Shown here piece by piece: positions 29,249 through 39,884 of a stretch of DNA of 64,000 bases. Made by a program: the position numbers and the translations under genes. The DNA lies in the NCBI GenBank assembly GCA_002840755.1, contig PHBZ01000015.1:1-64000 (forward strand), read 5' to 3'. Within the stretch, counting starts at the first letter, position 1; the number at the start of each line of letters is the position of its first letter. Below the pieces are notes generated by a model. That model had not been told where the DNA came from and did not search any database. It worked only from the letters and a program-made list of their open reading frames with translations. Source of the DNA: Chloroflexi bacterium HGW-Chloroflexi-10. Its GTDB lineage: Bacteria; Chloroflexota; Anaerolineae; Anaerolineales; Anaerolineaceae.

Positions 29249-30052
29249 TCATGTGAAACTTCCTTTCAGAATTAACTCTGGGGTCCATTCATACGGTGTT
29301 GAATACGCCAAGCACCTGAATCCGTTTTTGGTGAGGATCGGCTGGCTTTCAGGGCTGGCATCTACCTGCAAGAAACGGTATCCTCTTTGGCGGGCTTCCC
29401 GTGCACGTACAGCCAGTAAAGCTGTATAGTAGCCGCGTTTGCGGTATTGGCTTAGGGTTGATCCTCCCCATAAGGTAGCGAATGAAGTCGAGATCAGATA
29501 GTGTGTCCAGGCTGCGCTGACCACCCGTCCATCCTTCCATATTGCAAAAACACTGATGTGATCGGGGTGGTGTTCCAGGTCGTATTTCATCCCACGAGCA
29601 AATCCACTGATTTCCTGGCCCCATACTTCACTTTCCATCCGTACAATTTCATCAACTTCTTCGGAAGTGGTAACGCACTGTACGTCTGAGACACTCATAG
29701 TCCAGTATTCTGCAGGCAAGTCGTTGATGGAGGCAACCATCAGCGCTTCAGATTCTTCACCGACAAAACCATGGGCTAATAATCGTTCCGCCAGGTCTCC
29801 GGGTTGATCGTGACTATAGTGTTTCCATTCAAAATCGGAGTTTATTCCTTTGAAGTATTCGATCTGGTCCTGAATGGCGGCTTCCGCTGTATCTGCGGTC
29901 AAGTCAGACCAACTGATGAAACCTCCGCCGTTGCCAACCCCGGTCAACGTGTAGCGGACTATATTCGGCAGTACTTCGCGGTGCATGCGCGTCCATTCGC
30001 ATTCACGGCGTACTTCTTTATCAAAAATTGCGAGTATTTCTGAGTTATTCAA
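29249..30052 (-). CDS. GNAT family N-acetyltransferase (two-domain)
   Basis: C-terminal GNAT core RKRGYYTALLAVRAREARQRGYRFLQVD. Apparent TTG start with AAGGAGA 5 nt upstream. Confidence 0.65.
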   Translation of the reverse strand: MNNSEILAIFDKEVRRECEWTRMHREVLPNIVRYTLTGVGNGGGFISWSDLTADTAEAAIQDQIEYFKGINSDFEWKHYSHDQPGDLAERLLAHGFVGEESEALMVASINDLPAEYWTMSVSDVQCVTTSEEVDEIVRMESEVWGQEISGFARGMKYDLEHHPDHISVFAIWKDGRVVSAAWTHYLISTSFATLWGGSTLSQYRKRGYYTALLAVRAREARQRGYRFLQVDASPESQPILTKNGFRCLAYSTPYEWTPELILKGSFT

Positions 30053-30349
30053 GTTTTCTCCTTCACATAACTTGCTCTAATGAAGAGTTTAAATAATGTA
30101 ATATAAGAACTTTATCTCAAAGTTATCCCAGTTTCATTGGAAAACAGAAGCTCTAGACTGGATCACAACTATGGTATATACCATTATATTAGGTGAAAAT
30201 GAGTCTATTATTTAATATATCACCCTGTTACAGAAAATTTTATTATGCTGGGCTAGGGGGTTTAATAGGTAAAGGAAATGGCGGCAAGTTGAGTTTAAGA
30301 AAAACTCCTGATATTCACTTTGTCCAAGAATCAGGTTGTAGTATTAGTC

Positions 30350-30709
30350 TTAATTTATTTTATGTCGAACTGGTATTACTGTATCGCGAGGTCCCGCATG
30401 TAATTGGGCTTCTCTCATTTTTTGTTCAACTACTGATGGTGGCAGATCATATCCATTGTCATCAACGACCTGTACGAAGAAAGTTCGCGATCTTTCATTT
30501 TGTTGGCGATCATGTTTCATAACTTCTTTATCGCTGATTGATTGCGTGTTATTTTCATTGAAAACCATCAATGCACGTCGTGCGATAATTAATCCTAACA
30601 AAAGAAGTGAAACGCCAGCCAGGAGATTCTGAGTCATAATCAAAAATGGTACGATTATAGATATTACAATTACTGTAAGTGAAATTTTTTGTTGTGGTGT
30701 TTTATGCAT
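30350..30709 (-). CDS. hypothetical small membrane protein
   Basis: 119 aa with two TM helices at the N-terminus. Confidence 0.4.
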   Translation of the reverse strand: MHKTPQQKISLTVIVISIIVPFLIMTQNLLAGVSLLLLGLIIARRALMVFNENNTQSISDKEVMKHDRQQNERSRTFFVQVVDDNGYDLPPSVVEQKMREAQLHAGPRDTVIPVRHKIN

Positions 30710-30801
30710 GTTATCTCACCCTGGATAGGTTTAAATAATGATTAGGGTTCACTTTTGTGATGTTACTATAAATTTTGAAAGTGTAGTGACCTAATGATTT
30801 T

Positions 30802-31437
30802 TTAGCTTCTGAGCTCTTTAATTTCAGTGTCCTCAAATAATTTTCGAATCAAACGCTCATGTTTTGAAGGAGAGCCTGACGCGTGCCAGGAGCAGGTCAT
30901 TTCCTCCCCGCATTTAATATGGCTGTGATTCTGGATAAGCAAACCAAACTCACGAAAGGTTTTTTCAAGGTTTTCGATCTTACTAAAGTCGGCTTGACAA
31001 ATGACTTCGTATTTACGCACTTCATGCGCGTTGTCAATTCTGTTCTCAACGAAAGGAAACAGCCAAAGGATGATCATTGCTACTAATACCATTACCCCGG
31101 AAATCAGATATTCTCCTCCACCAATGCCCATACCAACCGCGGCCGTTAACCATATGGTGGCAGCAGTAGTTAAGCCAATGACTTTGCCACCATCTCGCAG
31201 AATGACTCCTGCCCCAAGGAATCCAACGCCTGTTACGATATTGGCTGCTATCCGGTTTGGGTCGGTATCTGGAGCAAGATTGGCTGAAAGGATGGTGAAT
31301 AAACATGCTCCTGCACATATGAAGATCAATGTGCGAAAGCCGGCTGCTTTGTCACGGAATTCGCGCTCAATGCCGATCAGCCCACCGGCAGTCACTGCCA
31401 ACAGGATTTTGAGGATGTCTTCGGGGTTCAGAGTCAT
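30802..31437 (-). CDS. MgtC/SapB family membrane protein
   Basis: LAVTAGGLIGIEREFRDKAAGFRT is the MgtC signature. Confidence 0.8.
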   Translation of the reverse strand: MTLNPEDILKILLAVTAGGLIGIEREFRDKAAGFRTLIFICAGACLFTILSANLAPDTDPNRIAANIVTGVGFLGAGVILRDGGKVIGLTTAATIWLTAAVGMGIGGGEYLISGVMVLVAMIILWLFPFVENRIDNAHEVRKYEVICQADFSKIENLEKTFREFGLLIQNHSHIKCGEEMTCSWHASGSPSKHERLIRKLFEDTEIKELRS

Positions 31438-31663
31438 GGACTGCTCCTGATGAGTATTTTGAGAACTATGGATATTTTTATTAAATCAAAGGGTTGATGA
31501 GAATAAGAATGAACACTACTACCTTTTTTAATAATTATACTCAACATCTTTTCCTAACAAGGATTGTAACCAGAAAACAAAATACGGTTGGCATTGAAGT
31601 AACATGAAAAGAAATAGACAAAAGATTAGTCAAAATGGATATTTTTGTTATAACTAAAGAATA

Positions 31664-34252
31664 ATGGATCTTGTAGAACGTGAGCAACAGTTAAAGAAAC
31701 TCTCTAATGCATGGAAACAGGTTAAGACTGGAGTTGGATGTATTGCGCTGGTTAGCGGCGAAGCTGGTATTGGAAAAACTTCATTGATAGGGCACTTCGT
31801 TGCCGTGCAAAGTAAATCTACACAGGTGCTATGGGGGACTTGTGACGACCTTTTTAGTCCACAACCTCTTGGACCGTTTCTTGACATTGCAATCCAGATT
31901 CAAACCGATTTTATGCAACTGATCCAGTCCGGAGCAGATCGGTTAACAATCTCTGTTCAAATATTCATATATTTGCAAAAAATCTCAGCCCCGAACATCA
32001 TTATTTTGGAGGATTTGCATTGGGCGGATGAGGCTACCCTGGATGTAGTTAAATTCTTGGGGCGGCGGATTCGATTTACAAAGACCTTGTTAGTTTTGTC
32101 TTATCGCGATGATGAAATAAGCAGTAAGCATCTATTGCATTTTTTATTCGGTGATTTTCCGGCTCATCTCACCTTTCGGATTCCCATTCCCCGACTATCC
32201 AAGAATGCAGTGGATTTAATGGCGCAGCAGGCGGGGAGAAAGGGTGAGGATTTATATTCAGCAACGGGTGGTAACCCATTTTTTGTTTCAGAAATCTTAG
32301 CAGGTTATGAAAAGGTTATTCCCAATTCTGTTCGGGATGCAGTTTTGGTACGAGTTGCAAGGCTTTCTTCAGGGGCAAAAGAGATCATTGAACTGGCATC
32401 AATGTGCCCAGGATCGGCAGAAATCAAGTTGATTCAGGACATCCTTCATCCGGAATCTGATATTCTTGACGAATGTATAGAGGGCGGTGTCTTGCATGCC
32501 GAAGGTGATTCATTAGCATTTCGCCATGAACTTGCGCGGCAGTCAATTGAAGATTCGCTTCCCATTGGGCGAACCAGAGATCTACATACCAAAATTCTTA
32601 AAGCATTGTTAAGCAGTAATACCGGTTCCATTAGCCAGGCTCGGTTTGTGCATCACGCAGCGCGCGCAGGGGATGAAGAAGCTACACTCCGGTATGCTCC
32701 AACGGCTGCCAGGCAGGCGAGTGCCTTAGGTGCTCATCGAGAAGCTGCTACACTTTATAAGACATCCCTTTCCTTTTCCAGTCACCTACCAGCAGAAATT
32801 CAAGCTGAATTTTTTGAAGGTTTATCTTTTGAAAATTACCTAATTAATAATATAAAAGAAGCCCTGCAAGCCCGGGAGCAGGCGACTCTCATCTGGGAGC
32901 AACTGGAACGCTTTACGCGTGCCGGTGATTGTAAACGCTGGCTCTCACGGTTACACTGGTCTGAAGGAAACAAAAAGGAGGCGGAGAAATTTGCCGATCT
33001 GGCTATCGACATTCTCATGAAACAACCTTCTGGCCCAGAGTTAGCGATGGCATATAGTAATAAATCTCAGCTTCACATGCTTGCCTGGGAAGAAGGGCCG
33101 GCTGTGGAGTGGGGAAAACGCGCTATTGAGTTGGCTCAAAAATTGGATGCAGTGGATATCTTTGTTCACGCACTGATCAATGTCGGATCGATTGAACTCC
33201 TTGAGAATTTTGAGCTTGGTAAAAAGAAAATTGAGCAGGCATTGCAGATTGCCCGTGAAAAGGCTATGCATGATCATGTATCTCGTTGTTACGCAAACCT
33301 GGCTTCACACTGCATCCAATCCCGCCAGTATGTGGAAGCGCGGCGCTGGTTGGAAGAAGGGCTTGAATACATGCTCGCCAGGGATTTAGATTATTACAGC
33401 GTTTATTTGCTTGGCTGGCAGGCACAAATGAGCTTCGAGACTGGCCACTGGACTGTTGCAGAAGAACAAGCGCTTGAAGCCATACGTCTGTCCCGCAATG
33501 TACCTATTACTACATTGCCAGCGCTGATAACCCTAGGGCATTTGAAGGTGCGGCAGGGGGATCCAGGTGCTATGGAACTTCTGGAGCGGGCGCGTTCTGT
33601 GGCGCTGCCGACAGGTGAACTCCAGCGGATTGGACCGTTAGCAGCTGCGAGAGCGGAAGCTGCCTGGTGGCAGGACGATAAAACCAGGATTGCTGCCGAG
33701 GCATCTTCCGGTTATGAACTCGCATTGGAGCGGAACGATGCATGGATTATGGGACAGCTTGCTTACTCGATGTGGTTGGCAGGCAGGCGGGATATAGCTT
33801 TGGATCGGCTGGGATTACCTTACGCATTAATGATCCAGGGAGAATGGCAAGCCGCTGCCGTAGAGTGGGAGCGAATAGGCTGTCCGTTTGAGCAGGCATT
33901 GGCATTGGCAGAAGGTGATGAATTAGCCAAGCGAAATGCCCTGACAATCTTTGAACAGCTGGGTGCGAGACCCGCCGCGGACGCTTTAAGAAAAAAACTC
34001 CAGGCCAGTGGATTTAAGAATATTCCTCGCCAGGCAAGATCCGTAAGGCAAAATCTTCTGAGTGACCTGACTCCTCGCGAGTTGGAGATCCTGCGTCTGA
34101 TCGCTGAGGGGTTGTCCAACCCCGAAATTGCGAAAAAGTTAATGATTGCTGTAGGTACGGTCAAAGCCCATACAGAAAATATTTACAGTAAATTAGGGGT
34201 GAATAATCGAGTCCAGGCATTAACACGTGCACTTGAACTGCATTTATTGTAA
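31664..34252 (+). CDS. LuxR-family transcriptional regulator with N-terminal AAA/STAND ATPase and TPR-like region (MalT-like)
   Basis: Walker A GEAGIGKTS. C-terminal LuxR HTH LTPRELEILRLIAEGLSNPEIA...TVKAHTENIYSKLG. Confidence 0.8.
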   Translation: MDLVEREQQLKKLSNAWKQVKTGVGCIALVSGEAGIGKTSLIGHFVAVQSKSTQVLWGTCDDLFSPQPLGPFLDIAIQIQTDFMQLIQSGADRLTISVQIFIYLQKISAPNIIILEDLHWADEATLDVVKFLGRRIRFTKTLLVLSYRDDEISSKHLLHFLFGDFPAHLTFRIPIPRLSKNAVDLMAQQAGRKGEDLYSATGGNPFFVSEILAGYEKVIPNSVRDAVLVRVARLSSGAKEIIELASMCPGSAEIKLIQDILHPESDILDECIEGGVLHAEGDSLAFRHELARQSIEDSLPIGRTRDLHTKILKALLSSNTGSISQARFVHHAARAGDEEATLRYAPTAARQASALGAHREAATLYKTSLSFSSHLPAEIQAEFFEGLSFENYLINNIKEALQAREQATLIWEQLERFTRAGDCKRWLSRLHWSEGNKKEAEKFADLAIDILMKQPSGPELAMAYSNKSQLHMLAWEEGPAVEWGKRAIELAQKLDAVDIFVHALINVGSIELLENFELGKKKIEQALQIAREKAMHDHVSRCYANLASHCIQSRQYVEARRWLEEGLEYMLARDLDYYSVYLLGWQAQMSFETGHWTVAEEQALEAIRLSRNVPITTLPALITLGHLKVRQGDPGAMELLERARSVALPTGELQRIGPLAAARAEAAWWQDDKTRIAAEASSGYELALERNDAWIMGQLAYSMWLAGRRDIALDRLGLPYALMIQGEWQAAAVEWERIGCPFEQALALAEGDELAKRNALTIFEQLGARPAADALRKKLQASGFKNIPRQARSVRQNLLSDLTPRELEILRLIAEGLSNPEIAKKLMIAVGTVKAHTENIYSKLGVNNRVQALTRALELHLL

Positions 34253-34364
34253 AAGTAAACCTGAAATAAACCCAAAAATAAACCCTTATCAGATGGCTAT
34301 AAGAGGGGACTCTGCTAGGATGATGTTATTCGTGTTGAAAAGTTCTTAGTGAAAAGGAGAAAAA

Positions 34365-35789
34365 ATGAGCATCCAACAGATGATTTCAACCAATGAATTA
34401 GATCAGATGGTGGTGGAAAAGTTGGCCAGCCAGATGCGAGGCAAGCTAATCCAACCTGGAGACGAGCTTTACAATGAGGCACGGAAAGTTTACAACGCAA
34501 TGATCGAGAAGCGGCCAGGTTTGATCGCCCGCTGCACCAATACGGCAGACGTTATTGCAGCGGTGAACTTTGCCCGTGAAAACAATCTGCTTTTGGCAGT
34601 TCGTGGTGGCGGGCACAACGGAGCAGGACTGGGAACCTGTGATGATGGGTTGGTGATTGACCTCTCTGAGATGCGCAGCGTACGGGTTGATCCTGTACGT
34701 CATGAAGTGCGTGTCGAGGGAGGTTGTGTTTGGGGAGATGTTGACCATGCAACTCACCCATTTGGCCTGGCTGTACCTACCGGTTTCATTTCATCTACTG
34801 GTGTAGGCGGCCTTACACTCGGTGGCGGTGTTGGTTACCTTACCCGTAAGTACGGTCTTACCATAGACAATTTGCTGAGTGTGGATATTGTCCTGGCTAA
34901 CGGCAGTTTTGTCAGCGCCAGTGCCGAGGAAAATCCCGATCTGTTTTGGGCTATACGCGGCGGTGGGGGCAATTTTGGCGTGGTTACATCTTTCCTGTTC
35001 CAGGGCGCGCCGGTTGGTACCATTGTCTACGGCGGTCCAATCTTCTGGCCGTTGGAACATGCCAGTAAAGTGATGCGTTTCTGGCGCGACCTGATCTTAA
35101 CAGGCCCGGAAGAACTCAATGGGTGGTTTGGTTTCCATACTGTACCGCCGGTTGATATGTTCCCACAAGAACATCATCTTAAGAAAATGGCAGTCATCAC
35201 ATGGTGTTATACAGGTGACATGGACCAGGCGGAGCAGGTATTTAAGCAGATTCGCGAAATTGCCCCGGCAGCAATGGATTTTGCCGGACCTATTCCTCTT
35301 CCAACTTTACAGAGTATGTTTGATGGTTTGTACCCACCCGGTTTGCAGTGGTACTGGAACGCTGATTACGTCACCGATCTCAGCGATGAGGTGATCGACC
35401 AACACATTCGGTATGCCAATCAGTTGCCCAGCGTACACTCGACCATGCACCTGTATCCGATCAACGGGGCAGCCCGGCGAGTTGGAAATCATGAAACGGC
35501 ATGGAGTTACCGTGAAGCCAATTTCGTGCAGGTGATTGTTGGTGTAGACCCAGACCCGGCCAATAATCAGCGTACCATCGCCTGGTCAAAGGAATACTGG
35601 CGAACGTTACATCCATTTTCGGCTGGCGGCGCATATGTCAACATGATGATGGATGAAGGTCAGGATCGGGTTAAAGCAGCATACCGTAATAACTATCCTC
35701 GTCTGGCAAAGGTTAAAACCAAATTCGACCCGCAAAATTTGTTCCGCGTTAACCAAAATATTCAGCCATCAGAAGAAAACAGAGATTGA
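34365..35789 (+). CDS. FAD-linked oxidase, BBE (berberine-bridge-enzyme)-like
   Basis: FAD_binding_4 motif VRGGGHNGAG and a C-terminal BBE-like region. SD AAAGGAGA. Confidence 0.8.
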   Translation: MSIQQMISTNELDQMVVEKLASQMRGKLIQPGDELYNEARKVYNAMIEKRPGLIARCTNTADVIAAVNFARENNLLLAVRGGGHNGAGLGTCDDGLVIDLSEMRSVRVDPVRHEVRVEGGCVWGDVDHATHPFGLAVPTGFISSTGVGGLTLGGGVGYLTRKYGLTIDNLLSVDIVLANGSFVSASAEENPDLFWAIRGGGGNFGVVTSFLFQGAPVGTIVYGGPIFWPLEHASKVMRFWRDLILTGPEELNGWFGFHTVPPVDMFPQEHHLKKMAVITWCYTGDMDQAEQVFKQIREIAPAAMDFAGPIPLPTLQSMFDGLYPPGLQWYWNADYVTDLSDEVIDQHIRYANQLPSVHSTMHLYPINGAARRVGNHETAWSYREANFVQVIVGVDPDPANNQRTIAWSKEYWRTLHPFSAGGAYVNMMMDEGQDRVKAAYRNNYPRLAKVKTKFDPQNLFRVNQNIQPSEENRD

Positions 35790-35802
35790 ATCAGGATAAA
35801 AA

Positions 35803-37227
35803 ATGGAAAAACAATACTCTATAAAAACACAATCTGCGCTTTTTTCACCTGGAACACCTATTCCCCAGGAGAATTTGGATTTTTTGTTAGAAGAGGTCGC
35901 CCGACGGTCCTCACATTATCTGACAGAGATTAATAACCGCCCGACCTTTCCGACACCTGAGGCCCTGGCTGGGTTAGCCTCCTTTGATGAACCGATGCCG
36001 GAGTCTCCTGGCGATCCGTTCGAGACTTTGGCGTTTTTGGACGATATAGGTTCCCCAGCAACCGTTACTTCGGCAGGCGGGCGTTATTTTGGCTTTGTCA
36101 TCGGTGGAACACTCCCTGTTACCCTGGCTGCAAACTGGCTGGCAGGTGCCTGGGATCAGAATGCCGGATTGAAAGTAGCTTCACCAACCGCGGTGAAATT
36201 GGAGCAGGTCTCGTTAAGCTGGTTATTGGATGTGTTAGGATTGCCGGCAGAAGCCGGAGGTGGATTTGTTACAGGCGCGACGATGGCTAACTTCAGTGGC
36301 CTCGCCGCTGCCAGGCACACTATACTACAGAAAGCAGGCTGGGATGTAGAAGCACAAGGACTTTTTGGTGCGCCGCCTATCACCGTGATCGTTGGTGATG
36401 AAGTGCATGTCAGTCTGCTCAAAGCGCTTAGCTTGCTGGGGTTTGGAAGAGAACGGGTAGTGCGTGTCCCGGTTGACAACCAGGGGCGGATGAGATTGAA
36501 TGCCCTTCCTAATATCTCTGGTCCGACGATTGTGTGTATTCAAGCTGGCAATGTCAACACTGGCGCATTTGATCCGGCTGTTGATATCTGTTCCATTGCT
36601 CACGAGGCCGGCGCCTGGGTGCATGTGGATGGCGCTTTCGGTTTGTGGGCTGCGGCAGCTCCTACCCGGAGCCAACTGGCTGCAGGCTTTGCTGAGGCCG
36701 ATTCTTGGGCAACCGATGCTCATAAGTGGCTCAATGTGCCATACGATTGCGGGTTGGTTTTTTGCCGGCGAGCGGAAGATTTGCGGGCGGCTTTAACCCA
36801 TAGCAAGGCTGCCTATCTGGCCGAGAGTCTTGAAGAGCGCGAACCGATGGAATACACTCCGGAGATGTCGCGGCGGGCGCGGGGGATTGAAGTCTGGGCT
36901 GCGCTGCGTGTGATGGGGCGGACCGGTCTGGCCGAATTAGTGGAACAGTGCTGCCAGCATGCCACGCGTTTTGCTGAAGGATTGAGCGCAGCCGGTTATA
37001 AAATTCTCAATGAGGTGCAGCTGAATCAGGTTTTGGTCTCTTTTGGTGATTCAATAAAAACACAAAAGGTGATTGAAGCTGTTCAGCGGGATGGCACCTG
37101 TTGGTGCGGCGGAACAATCTGGCAGGGGCATACTGCAATACGTATCAGTGTTTCATCGTGGGCGACAAGCAAAACCGATGTGGAGCGCAGCCTGGAAGCT
37201 ATCCTGCGTATCGCAGCTAATGTATGA
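35803..37227 (+). CDS. PLP-dependent decarboxylase (group II, fold-type I)
   Basis: DAHKWL is a PLP-lysine motif. ATMANFSGLAAARH is typical of group II amino-acid decarboxylases. The gene starts 13 bp after the BBE gene. Confidence 0.7.
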   Translation: MEKQYSIKTQSALFSPGTPIPQENLDFLLEEVARRSSHYLTEINNRPTFPTPEALAGLASFDEPMPESPGDPFETLAFLDDIGSPATVTSAGGRYFGFVIGGTLPVTLAANWLAGAWDQNAGLKVASPTAVKLEQVSLSWLLDVLGLPAEAGGGFVTGATMANFSGLAAARHTILQKAGWDVEAQGLFGAPPITVIVGDEVHVSLLKALSLLGFGRERVVRVPVDNQGRMRLNALPNISGPTIVCIQAGNVNTGAFDPAVDICSIAHEAGAWVHVDGAFGLWAAAAPTRSQLAAGFAEADSWATDAHKWLNVPYDCGLVFCRRAEDLRAALTHSKAAYLAESLEEREPMEYTPEMSRRARGIEVWAALRVMGRTGLAELVEQCCQHATRFAEGLSAAGYKILNEVQLNQVLVSFGDSIKTQKVIEAVQRDGTCWCGGTIWQGHTAIRISVSSWATSKTDVERSLEAILRIAANV

Positions 37228-37487
37228 TACACCTGGCCTTCAACCATAAGGAAGAGAATGAATGATTAATTACGGGTTATGCGAGGGTTACCTGGTTTGA
37301 CTTTCCGGAGGAAAGCAACCTGATTATCGACTGTATGCATCTCATCGGCACGCTGAAATGCGAGTCTGGGCAAGCCATTCCCGACCCCCACTGCTTTCAG
37401 CGTCGCCGATTTTGATGTTTTGCTCTCTCAAGGTGAGATCGTCTTCATTATATATATTGCGCGGTATCTTGCATTGATGAAAAAATC

Positions 37488-38633
37488 CTATTTGTCGGCG
37501 AGGGTGTTCATGCCTGTCAGCACATCCTTATGCAATATTTGCTGCACTTTTTCAGGTTCTTCAAATATTGGGCTGTGGGCAGATTGGTCAAACGTGTAAA
37601 ATCCTTTTATCGGTGCTTTTAGATTTTCAAAATAGGATTTTGCCTCCGTGTAGGAGACTGTGTAATCGTAGATGCCTTCAAGGAAATAGACGGGGATTTC
37701 AAGCTCTGGCACTTTACTGGTAAGATCTGTGGAAATCATCTCATTCCATAGAATGCTGATGCCGGAGCGGGATTTGCCGCGCCACATATTGATCTTTTCC
37801 ATGAATGTGTATTCCCGGCTTGCCAGCGACGGTAAAAAGATGCCAGTAACTACCGAGTGCATGTCACGGGTTGTGCCTATACCCAGACTGTGCATGGCGG
37901 TATCACGTATTGCACGGTAGGCATCGGGGGTGCCGTCTGTTAAAGTGACCGGCGCTGCCTCCAGCTTCCGGACCATTGTTGTGTTTCCGCTTTCTTTGAA
38001 CCGCTTAAGCATATACTCGTAGGCCAGTTTTTCGGATTTGAGCTGATTTGACATCTGGGCCACACCAATGTAGGCGTAGTACAACTCCGGCGCCTGCTCA
38101 GCCGCCTGAATGCCGATAAAGGTTCCTCCGGAATGCCCCATAAGGTATATTTTTTCTTTACCAAAACGGTTACGCAGGTAATTTGTTATCTCCAGGGTGT
38201 CAGATATCATTTGCTTGAGGGTCATTGTCTCTGGCGGAATGTTAGAGCTATAGGAGATTCCCGAACCACGCTGTTCCCACCACACGACGGTAAAATAATC
38301 TTCCAGACCTGTAGGGTACCGGGGCGTAAGGAAGTAATCCGGCATACCACCATGAAGGTAAAGCAGCACCGGATGGGCTGCATCTTTGCTCTTGATAAAC
38401 ATCCCTTGCTGCACACCGTTGATGTTGATGTAAATTTTTTCTGAAATGCTGCCGGCCAGCGGACTTCCGTTTTCATCCAAAAATGGTTCGGGCTTTCCGG
38501 GGCTATATGCCAAGAGCACCCCCAAGAGGATCAATACACAAACAAGTAAGACAGCAGGTATAAGCAGAATCATGCGAGTTACCCTTCTGAAAGATGAATT
38601 AATTGAGAAGCGATTATTTATTCTATTGGTCAT
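37488..38633 (-). CDS. alpha/beta hydrolase (proline-iminopeptidase-like), N-terminal membrane anchor, paralog 2
   Basis: GHSGG nucleophile elbow. Clear homology to 10778..12049, for example YININGVQQGMFIKSKD...LYLHGG versus VNINGSHQWISIRGKD...LFLAGG. Confidence 0.75.
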   Translation of the reverse strand: MTNRINNRFSINSSFRRVTRMILLIPAVLLVCVLILLGVLLAYSPGKPEPFLDENGSPLAGSISEKIYININGVQQGMFIKSKDAAHPVLLYLHGGMPDYFLTPRYPTGLEDYFTVVWWEQRGSGISYSSNIPPETMTLKQMISDTLEITNYLRNRFGKEKIYLMGHSGGTFIGIQAAEQAPELYYAYIGVAQMSNQLKSEKLAYEYMLKRFKESGNTTMVRKLEAAPVTLTDGTPDAYRAIRDTAMHSLGIGTTRDMHSVVTGIFLPSLASREYTFMEKINMWRGKSRSGISILWNEMISTDLTSKVPELEIPVYFLEGIYDYTVSYTEAKSYFENLKAPIKGFYTFDQSAHSPIFEEPEKVQQILHKDVLTGMNTLADK

Positions 38634-39181
38634 TTTTCCTCTTCATTTATACTGTTGAACTGCCAATGCCTTTTTTATTTTTCTATTCTTTTCCATCTTT
38701 CTTCAATCCAATCCAGGTTATCGGTGATGTTTTTATTTTTCATTTCTTTTTTGACATTTGCCTATTCTTATTCTAAGGCGATCAATAAAAAAATAACCTG
38801 TCCAAGAGGGCTTTATTCGCCTGTCTGTGTGACCAGTCTATTTGGTTTTCAGCGATCACTTCCTGTCAATCTGATGTATTCGCAGCATACCCGAGTTTGT
38901 TTGGTTTTGCTACCTGCGGCGCCGGTGGCAATATTAAACCAGGATCCGGATTAATGAACGCTTTTTTCCACGCAGCATTGTTCATGGTTATTCATGCGGT
39001 TGTCACATAAATTGACATTATCTTGGGTGGGTCTGGTGGTTGGCCCGTTGGTGTGTTGGTAAGAATAGACCCACCCTTGTCTGATGTTGTGATGAGTGCC
39101 GAGTTCCGGGGGATTGGTAGGCTGGTGAGCTGCGCGGTATTCGTTTTTCGTTTTTTACTTACTATGCCCGGAAAGCGTTGT

Positions 39182-39308
39182 GTATTCGTAAAAAAAATTC
39201 CAATCGGAACGAATGCCTTTTTACAAAATGACCGGATGGGTGGGGGCGCCTGCGACGAGAGAGCCAGATTTGCTGCTTTTTTGGCAGGTATTCGTTTTGG
39301 AACGAATG
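39182..39308 (-). repeat. Non-coding repeat element, copy B (inverted relative to copy A)
   Basis: 39289-39308 TATTCGTTttggAACGAATG is a near-perfect palindrome. The reverse complement of 39182-39217 matches 2650-2686 almost base for base (ggcattcgttccgattggaattttt..acgaatac). Confidence 0.5.
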
Positions 39309-39884
39309 TGGAACGAATGATAGGGCAGGAAACATACCAGGAAATGGGAAATGGGAGACCCATCCAGAAATAGATAATAACGGGAATAAGGCAATGGGAT
39401 TGTGTTGCAGGTAGATACATAGGCAGTTTTTAAAGTTCGATGGTTCTAAAAAGGGTGAGGCAACCGGGTGAGGGATATAACTGGATTCTTTTTTCGCCTC
39501 GGACAGACAATATGATGGTTACCAGGATTGGACAGGGGCAAGCCATACAACGGGTTTGCAATATATGTTCTGTGCCAATAAATATCATTATGACAACATT
39601 TGGTGCGTTTGAAAACCTGCCTAAATAGGCAGGTTGTATAGATGAATAATTGCACAAATAGGCAGGTCGTATAGACAATATTAAAGAAAAAAGGGATAGG
39701 GAAATATGAAAATAGGAGCAGAATTCGGGATAAGCTTAAAGGAATTTATGCGGAAACAGGCAAGGCAGGAGGGCTAAAAATGGATTGAATGGCATCAATA
39801 GGGTGGATGCCGGATAATTCAGCCGTATCAATGACCGAAGCGAGCGAGGTATACGTATTAGCACCCCATTCAGAACGGGAACAA

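Noticed and set aside
31664-34252. Possibility that the STAND ATPase is an Avs-type antiviral sensor
   Set aside because: The C-terminus is a classical LuxR HTH and the architecture matches MalT-like transcriptional regulators, not nuclease or effector fusions.
39023-39373. 116-aa ORF spanning repeat copy B
   Set aside because: Gly/Arg-rich low-complexity translation coinciding with the palindrome-rich non-coding element.
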